Sequence record: SRR22947727_867 | Reading direction: 5' to 3' (one strand) | Length of the DNA: 43,304 bases | In this document: positions 37,820 through 43,304 of the stretch, piece after piece | How the letters are laid out: each line of letters opens with the position of its first letter | Position numbering within the stretch: position 1 is the first letter of the stretch | Program-made: the position numbers and the translations under genes | Notes under the pieces: generated by a model | What the model was told of the DNA's origin: nothing | Databases searched by the model: none | Seen by the model: the letters and a program-made list of their open reading frames with translations, nothing else

Positions 37820-37866
37820 CGCACCCGGTCAGCGCATCATGGTCTCAGGTCTGGTGCTGTGGACAG

Positions 37867-38190
37867 TTACTCGTCGAGGGCGAGTTCCTGAGGCAGCTTG
37901 AGGTCCTTGCTACCGAGCTCTTCGACGTTGACATCTTTGAAAGTCAAGACGGTGACGTTACTCACGAAGCGATCCGAGCGGTAAATGTCCCACACCCACA
38001 CGTCATTCAGGGTGAGTTCAAAGTAGAAATCGTTGCCCCGCTCTTTGACCTCTCGGGTTACCTCGTTGGCGAGATAAAAGCGACGTTCAGTCTCCACGAC
38101 GTAACGGAACTGGGACACGATGTCCCGGTACTCCCGATACAGGGCAAGCTCGGCTTCCCGGTCGTAGTCGTCAAAGTCGTCAGAGTCCAT
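37867..38190 (-). CDS. DUF2469 family protein
   Basis: ELALYREYRD, YVVETERRFYLAN, DVWVWDIYR..RFV and TFKDVNVEEL motifs. Confidence 0.93.
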   Translation of the reverse strand: MDSDDFDDYDREAELALYREYRDIVSQFRYVVETERRFYLANEVTREVKERGNDFYFELTLNDVWVWDIYRSDRFVSNVTVLTFKDVNVEELGSKDLKLPQELALDE

Positions 38191-38223
38191 TGCACCCGAG
38201 TCTAAAGGGGAAAGATGTCGCCG

Positions 38224-38820
38224 CTATTTCTTTATCCACGACGCCCGGTGCAGGGGGGTAATGCCGTGCTGGGCGATGGCGTCCATATGGCTCTTTGAGC
38301 CATAGCCCTTGTTGCTCGCAAATCCATACTCGGGATACGTCTCGTGGTGGGCAATCATCGCCTCATCCCGGTAGACCTTTGCGAGCACTGAGGCTGCCGC
38401 AACAGAGACGCAGTCTCGATCGCCCTTGACCCTGGTCACCACTCGGAGAGGATGCGGCAGGTGGGGGGTCACAAAGTCGTGAGATCCATCCAGCAGAAGA
38501 ACCGCACTCCCTACCGCCACTCCCTGTTGAGCCAGTGCGAGCAATCCCTGCACCACCGCAAGCGCAAGCGCACTCTGGATTCCCTCCTGGTCAACAATCT
38601 CAGCCGAGGACTCCCCCAGTGCGTGCTGGGGAAACGTCTCCCGCAGGGCTTCCGCGAGGGGTCCGCGACGTTTCTCGGTGACTGTTTTGGAGTCATAAAG
38701 GCCCTCTGGCCAGGTGAGAATATCGGGAGTCCACACGACGAGGCCCGCCACGACCGGACCCGCCAGAGGGCCACGACCCACCTCGTCACAGCCGATGACG
38801 CTGGTGAAACCCTGTGCCAC
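38224..38820 (-). CDS. rnhB: Ribonuclease HII (true start may lie further upstream, near 38862)
   Basis: GCDEVGRGPLAGPV, DSK, LLDG, KGD...SVAAASVLAKV.RD, YGF..NKGY and HRASW motifs. Confidence 0.95.
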   Translation of the reverse strand: MAQGFTSVIGCDEVGRGPLAGPVVAGLVVWTPDILTWPEGLYDSKTVTEKRRGPLAEALRETFPQHALGESSAEIVDQEGIQSALALAVVQGLLALAQQGVAVGSAVLLLDGSHDFVTPHLPHPLRVVTRVKGDRDCVSVAAASVLAKVYRDEAMIAHHETYPEYGFASNKGYGSKSHMDAIAQHGITPLHRASWIKK

Positions 38821-38849
38821 CAGCTGGTGCTCCAGCTCGAGGGTGGGTT

Positions 38850-39578
38850 CTACTCGAGGAATGGCACAGCCTCTTTCAGCGTCACCCCAATGAACGTCTC
38901 AGGGTAGTTGGAGAGCCAGGTCCAGCGCTCCTGCGGCCAGGAGATCACAATGGCTCGTCCCACCACGTTTTCCAGGGGGACGAAGCCACCACCAGGCTTG
39001 TCCATGTTGCGCCTGGAGTCAGCAGAGTTATAGCGGTTATCCCCCATCACCCAGAGCGCACCGTCTGGGACAACCACCTCAAAATCATTGGAGCTCATCT
39101 TGGTCACACCCTCGGGCAGTGAGACATAGGGCTCCGCCAGCGGAACACCATTGATACTCATCGCACCCAACGCATCACAACACACGACAGTGTCGCCGGG
39201 GAGACCGATGAGTCTCTTGACCAAGTGCTCATTGTCGTCGGGGCCGGACAGGCCGACAAATACAGAGAGGCCATCGAGAAGTCGGGTCAAGGGGTCGTTC
39301 TCACTCACACCGCTTTGGATCGAGAGCCAGCCTCCGGGATCCACAAACACGATGACATCGCCTCGGTTGAGCTCCAGGGGTCCTCCATGAAGCTGCGAGA
39401 CGATGATGCGGTCATCCCGGATAAGTGTGGAGTCCATGGAGTCCGTGGGGATAAAGAACGAGCGAATCAGGAACGTCTTGATCAGGAAGGACACCACGAG
39501 AGCCGCGACCACAATGATGACGGCATCGCGCAGGAATACCCCCAGCATGCGTCCCACGGAACGCCTGGAATCAGCCAC
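38850..39578 (-). CDS. lepB: Signal peptidase I
   Basis: TM helix, FFIPTDSM (Ser), RGDVIVF, LVKRLIGLPGD (Lys), MGDNRYNSADSR. Confidence 0.95.
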   Translation of the reverse strand: MADSRRSVGRMLGVFLRDAVIIVVAALVVSFLIKTFLIRSFFIPTDSMDSTLIRDDRIIVSQLHGGPLELNRGDVIVFVDPGGWLSIQSGVSENDPLTRLLDGLSVFVGLSGPDDNEHLVKRLIGLPGDTVVCCDALGAMSINGVPLAEPYVSLPEGVTKMSSNDFEVVVPDGALWVMGDNRYNSADSRRNMDKPGGGFVPLENVVGRAIVISWPQERWTWLSNYPETFIGVTLKEAVPFLE

Positions 39579-39665
39579 GAGCTTCGACCTGGTGCACCCT
39601 AGAGCCCTGCTCTCTCACTCACACGTAACGATTGTCAGTGTAGGCGGAGCGCCCGAGAGGGGTGC

Positions 39666-40013
39666 TTAGGATTCGCGCTTCTCGCGAATCTTGGCCTTCT
39701 TACCGCGCAAGGAGCGCAGGTAGTAGAGCTTCGCACGACGCACGTCACCGCGGGAGACGACCTCAATGTGGTCGATCACCGGGGAGTGCAGCGGGAACGT
39801 ACGCTCCACACCGACCTGGAAGCTGATCTTGCGCACGGTGAAGGTTTCCTTCACGCCGTGGCCGGAGCGACCAATGACGACACCCTGGAAGACCTGAATA
39901 CGCGAGCGGTTACCTTCCACAATGTTCACGTGAACTTTGAGGGAGTCTCCGGGGCGGAAGTCGGGGATGTCGGACTTGAGGGAGGCTTGGTCAAGAAAAT
40001 CAAGCGTCTGCAT
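39666..40013 (-). CDS. rplS: 50S ribosomal protein L19
   Basis: [52 protein letters not shown] 40013 gives 115 aa. Confidence 0.98.
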   Translation of the reverse strand: MQTLDFLDQASLKSDIPDFRPGDSLKVHVNIVEGNRSRIQVFQGVVIGRSGHGVKETFTVRKISFQVGVERTFPLHSPVIDHIEVVSRGDVRRAKLYYLRSLRGKKAKIREKRES

Positions 40014-40130
40014 GATGGTGTCACTCTCTGCGCTGACCACAGGCTCACGCGCACTAATGCTGGTGTCGTGCCCGTCCACCGGATGGTGGTGCGCTACTCC
40101 CCTGTGGCAGAGGCGCCAGGTGGCACAAGC
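40014..40130 (-). promoter_or_regulatory. Structured rplS 5' leader
   Basis: Nested complementary segments in plus-strand coordinates: CTCTG 40026-30 / CAGAG 40108-12; CCACAGG 40037-43 / CCTGTGG 40101-07; GCGCAC 40049-54 / GTGCGC 40089-94. Confidence 0.55.
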
Positions 40131-40210
40131 GCTAAGTCTGCCACAAAAACTGCTCATATTCCACCGGAAAGCCTTAGGCTAGGGCGCACACGCGGAACCA
40201 GGATGAGAGC

Positions 40211-40855
40211 ATGAGCGAGACCCCCACCACCTTCAGCGAGAACACGGAATTGCGCACTATTCCGGTGCAGCGTCGCAGTGCAGACCGCATGAACGCGCTC
40301 TTGGACGCTGCAGCGCTCCTGATTGACGAGGAAGGAATCGACGGTGTCACCACTACCGCGGTGGCCTATCGCTCGCGATCCTCTGTCGGCGTCCTCTACC
40401 GCTACTTCCCGAACATCGATTCGTTGCTCAAAGCACTCGCTCAACGCAACATGCAGCGCTACCTCGAGATGGTCGCCGAGGGTTCTGACCGGACGCCCGA
40501 TATCCCCTGGTCTTCCTGGGACAACACGCTCGACTCCTATGTGCACATGTTCCGCCACGAGCCAGGCTTTCGAGGGTTGCGCTTTGGCGACATCATCTCC
40601 GATCGCTTTCTCGATTCCGAGCAATCCAACAACACCGTGATTGCGCGGGCATTCGCTGAGCAAGTCTCCGAAACACACAGGATCCCCGTCACTCAAGACT
40701 TGCTTTTCCGCTTGGAGGTTGGTGTAACGATGGGATCCGCCATCATTCACCGTGCTTTCATGTATGACACCACAGGCGAGAAGCGCTTCATCGAGCACGC
40801 TCGAGAGTTCATCGGCAACTACCTCCGCACCTACGTCCCCATCTCCCCTTCGTGA
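40211..40855 (+). CDS. TetR/AcrR family transcriptional regulator
   Basis: PVQRRS..R...LLDAA..LI.E.G....TT..VA......G.LYRYFPN helix-turn-helix. Confidence 0.9.
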   Translation: MSETPTTFSENTELRTIPVQRRSADRMNALLDAAALLIDEEGIDGVTTTAVAYRSRSSVGVLYRYFPNIDSLLKALAQRNMQRYLEMVAEGSDRTPDIPWSSWDNTLDSYVHMFRHEPGFRGLRFGDIISDRFLDSEQSNNTVIARAFAEQVSETHRIPVTQDLLFRLEVGVTMGSAIIHRAFMYDTTGEKRFIEHAREFIGNYLRTYVPISPS

Positions 40856-41622
40856 TCCCCCGGCATTCTTCGGGAACGCTCGAGCGAATGCGCCCCGTGG
40901 GCGCTTTCGTCGCCGGCGTGCTCACCCAGGTCTCGAGGGCTGCGAAGCCCGGCGTCAACCTTTTGGAGCTCGACGCCATGGCCCACGATCTCATCCGTCA
41001 GGCCGGCGCAACCTCCTGCTACATCGACTACCACCCCTCCTTCGGTGGCTCACCCTTTGGGAAAGTGATCTGCACCTCCGTCAATGACGCTGCACTCCAC
41101 GGCCTCCCCCACAACTACACACTCCAGTCCGGTGATCTTCTCTCCCTCGATTTCGCGGTGAGCCTGGAGGGGTGGGTGGCTGACTCGGCCCTCAGCATGA
41201 TTGTGGGGGGCGAAGGTGACCCCCGTGACCAGCGCCTGATTAACACCTGTGAGGAAGCCCTAGCTGCAGGAATTGCTGCAGCCACTCCTGGAAATCGTTT
41301 AGGCGATATTTCTGCAGCTATTGGCGCGGTATCAAAAGCGGCTGGTTACACCGTGAACACTGACTTTGGTGGACACGGGGTGGGCAAAACTATGCACGAG
41401 GACCCCTCTATTCCCAATGACGGCGAACCTCGCACCGGACCGGTGCTGAAGCCCGGGATGGTGTTTGCCATTGAACCGTGGCTGATGCACACCACAGATG
41501 AGATCTATACCGCGGAGGATGGCTGGACCCTGATGAGCGCGGATGGCTCACGCTCCGCCCATGTCGAACACACGGTAGCCATCACGAAGGATGGCCCTCT
41601 CGTGTTGACCGAGCGGTCTTAG
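40852..41622 (+). CDS. map: Type I methionine aminopeptidase
   Basis: CTSVND..HGLP, SLDF, VADSA, GHGVG..MHEDP, AIEP and SAHVEHT motifs; GTGA overlap with the TetR gene. Confidence 0.95.
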   Translation: MIPRHSSGTLERMRPVGAFVAGVLTQVSRAAKPGVNLLELDAMAHDLIRQAGATSCYIDYHPSFGGSPFGKVICTSVNDAALHGLPHNYTLQSGDLLSLDFAVSLEGWVADSALSMIVGGEGDPRDQRLINTCEEALAAGIAAATPGNRLGDISAAIGAVSKAAGYTVNTDFGGHGVGKTMHEDPSIPNDGEPRTGPVLKPGMVFAIEPWLMHTTDEIYTAEDGWTLMSADGSRSAHVEHTVAITKDGPLVLTERS

Positions 41623-42299
41623 CCCTCCAGAAGGTCGGGACGAACACGCTGGGTGCGCTCTATCGCTTGCGCTTCGCGCCAGGAACGAATCGCCTCGTGG
41701 TTGCCCGAGAGGAGAACCTCAGGGACCTCAAGACCCCTCCAGGAGCGTGGTTTCGTATACGAGGGATACTCCAGGAGCCCCTTTTCGTGGCTTTCCTCCA
41801 CGAGCGAGTCAGGGTTCCCCATAAAGCCCGGGAGCAAGCGCACCGTGGCTTCGATCATCGCCAGCACCGCGACTTCTCCGCCGTTCAGGACATAGTCACC
41901 AAGACTTACCTCAAGAACACGGTGTGTGGTGCTGTAATGATCAATCACTCTCTGATCAATACCTTCATACCGTCCGCACGCGAACACCAGGTGCGAGGCA
42001 CCCGAGAGCTCTGTGGCAAGGCCCTGGGTGAAGAGCCCACCAGCAGGACTTGGCACAATCAGCCACGAATCTTCCTGCAGCAGACCATCGAGCATGGTTC
42101 CCCACGGCTCAGGACTCATCACCATGCCCGCACCCCCGCCATAGGGAGTGTCATCGACGCTCTTGTGGACGTCGGTGGTGGCATCGCGGAGGTCATGCAC
42201 TGCGACATCGACAAGTTTGCTCTTGGCCGCTTTCCCCAGCAGGGAGAGCTCCAGCACATCGAAGTAGCCGGGGAAGATGCTGACGATGTCGATTTTCAT
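41619..42299 (-). CDS. trmD: tRNA (guanine-37-N1)-methyltransferase
   Basis: [45 protein letters not shown] and VLLSGNH motifs. Confidence 0.98.
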   Translation of the reverse strand: MKIDIVSIFPGYFDVLELSLLGKAAKSKLVDVAVHDLRDATTDVHKSVDDTPYGGGAGMVMSPEPWGTMLDGLLQEDSWLIVPSPAGGLFTQGLATELSGASHLVFACGRYEGIDQRVIDHYSTTHRVLEVSLGDYVLNGGEVAVLAMIEATVRLLPGFMGNPDSLVEESHEKGLLEYPSYTKPRSWRGLEVPEVLLSGNHEAIRSWREAQAIERTQRVRPDLLEG

Positions 42300-42871
42300 G
42301 ACTCGTCAGGAATACTCTCGAAGAGACCTCCCGGTGGGGTGATCTGCACCACACCGGCCTCGATATTGACCTCCGGGACAAAGTCCTTCACAAAAGGCAA
42401 CAGCACCTCGGAATCCTCCGTGGTGATCACCAGAAGATCCTGGGCCGGGAAATGCTCAACGCGCGCCACGGTGCCGACATCGACACCGTCTCGGACAACT
42501 CGAAGGCCCACCAGCTCATGATCAAACCACGCGTCACTTTCGGTGGGCCTGGTCGAGGGGTCGTGCTCCACCCACAAAATGGCCTTCACGAGAGACTCCG
42601 CGGCCGTTCGATCCTCCACGCCCTCAAAAAATGCGACAGGTGAGGCGTTCACTTCGCGAATACTCGACAGGGTGATTTTCTTGCCAAACCAGGTGGAATC
42701 CTCGGGAACCTGAAGAGTGAACTGGTTACCGGGAGCAAACCGAAGCTCCGGGTCATCGGTGTAGACCTCGAGCTTGAGACCGCCCTTCAGACCGTGGGCT
42801 TTCACGAGACGGGCAACCCTCAGCTCCACCCGCTCCGGCTTGGGCGCCGAGGGCTTGGAGGTCTCAGACAT
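42296..42871 (-). CDS. rimM: Ribosome maturation factor RimM
   Basis: [34 protein letters not shown] and PP.GLF motifs. Confidence 0.96.
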   Translation of the reverse strand: MSETSKPSAPKPERVELRVARLVKAHGLKGGLKLEVYTDDPELRFAPGNQFTLQVPEDSTWFGKKITLSSIREVNASPVAFFEGVEDRTAAESLVKAILWVEHDPSTRPTESDAWFDHELVGLRVVRDGVDVGTVARVEHFPAQDLLVITTEDSEVLLPFVKDFVPEVNIEAGVVQITPPGGLFESIPDES

Positions 42872-43107
42872 TAGGAGTCTGTGTCGACGACGTCGACCCT
42901 GACCTTACGGCCACCGGCCAACGCGTTGATGACGGTGCGCAGAGCTTTAGCGGTGCGACCTTGACGACCGATCACACGACCCAAATCATCCGGGTGAACG
43001 CGAACCTCGATGAGCTCACCTCGTGGGGTGTCGACCACGCTGACGCTGACCTCGTCCGGGTTATCAACGATTTCCCGGACGAGGTGATTCAGCGCGCGAT
43101 CCAACAT
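42871..43107 (-). CDS. khpA: KH-domain RNA-binding protein KhpA
   Basis: LV..IVDNPDEV, V...DLGRVIGRQGRTAKALR; located between rpsP and rimM. Confidence 0.93.
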   Translation of the reverse strand: MLDRALNHLVREIVDNPDEVSVSVVDTPRGELIEVRVHPDDLGRVIGRQGRTAKALRTVINALAGGRKVRVDVVDTDS

Positions 43108-43109
43108 TG

Positions 43110-43304
43110 CTACTTGGTCTCCTCGGCGGGAGCCTCGTCAGCAGGTGCCTCTTCAGCCGCAGGGGCTTCTTCAGCTGCGGGTGCCTCCTCAGCGGGAGCT
43201 TCCTCGGCCGCAGGAGCTGCGTCCTCAGCAGGTGCAGCGGCTTCGGCAGGTGCCTCGGCGGCCGGAGCCTCAGTGGCTTCAGCAGGAGCCTCAGCTGGTG
43301 CGTC
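43110..43304 (-). CDS. rpsP: C-terminal Ala/Glu/Pro-rich tail, probably of 30S ribosomal protein S16 (5' part outside the window)
   Basis: Open frame reading ...AAPAAEEAPAEEAPAAEEAPAAEEAPADEAPAEETK-TAG, ending 2 nt before khpA. Identity inferred from rpsP-khpA-rimM-trmD synteny; the S16 core is not visible. Confidence 0.75.
   Translation of the reverse strand, partial: DAPAEAPAEATEAPAAEAPAEAAAPAEDAAPAAEEAPAEEAPAAEEAPAAEEAPADEAPAEETK

Noticed and set aside
40014-40157. 48-aa N-terminal extension of L19 in the ORF track
   Set aside because: L19 homology starts at ATG 40013; the region is better explained as a structured leader.
43110-43304. Tandem 15-18-nt repeats as a possible CRISPR or non-coding VNTR
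   Set aside because: Degenerate, in-frame, and encoding the (A)EEAPA low-complexity tail of the last ORF; no spacers.

Overview
Core chromosome of a high-GC actinobacterium. Gene content and protein sequences point to Microbacteriaceae, and the compact spacers suggest a streamlined aquatic member; this assignment is inference. From left to right the window holds: partial rpsB with a structured leader; rdgB-rph-murD2-murL-photolyase (minus strand) divergent from pncB-DUF3039; htrA; a secreted PKD-like protein plus lipoprotein pair; a C-N hydrolase; tRNA-fMet; the actinobacterial block UPF0182, PDZ-Lon, zincin, Rv3196-like, uvrD2, nudC, APH-like, adnBA, DUF3107, ferritin-like, DEAD helicase, PHP, pepP; tRNA-Leu(TAG); zupT; M23; xerC; a phosphodiesterase; dprA; DUF2469; rnhB; lepB; rplS; TetR-map; trmD; rimM; khpA; and the tail of rpsP. 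I found no CRISPR array, IS element or prophage. Best leads: (1) a MurL/MurD2 epimerase-ligase pair at the position where glutamate racemase murI normally lies; (2) an identically spaced promoter architecture, CTGTGGA(G/T)AAA-N26-(-10)-N6-ATG, shared by an uncharacterised secreted two-gene module and an orphan ThiF/TOMM-like gene, with a related box at a degenerate dprA; (3) a PafBC-type promoter at adnAB; (4) a block of about 33 kb separating M23/xerC from rpsB; (5) an A/T-ending codon patch inside map; (6) a possible ATT start for rnhB. All calls come from motif recognition by eye; no searches were run.
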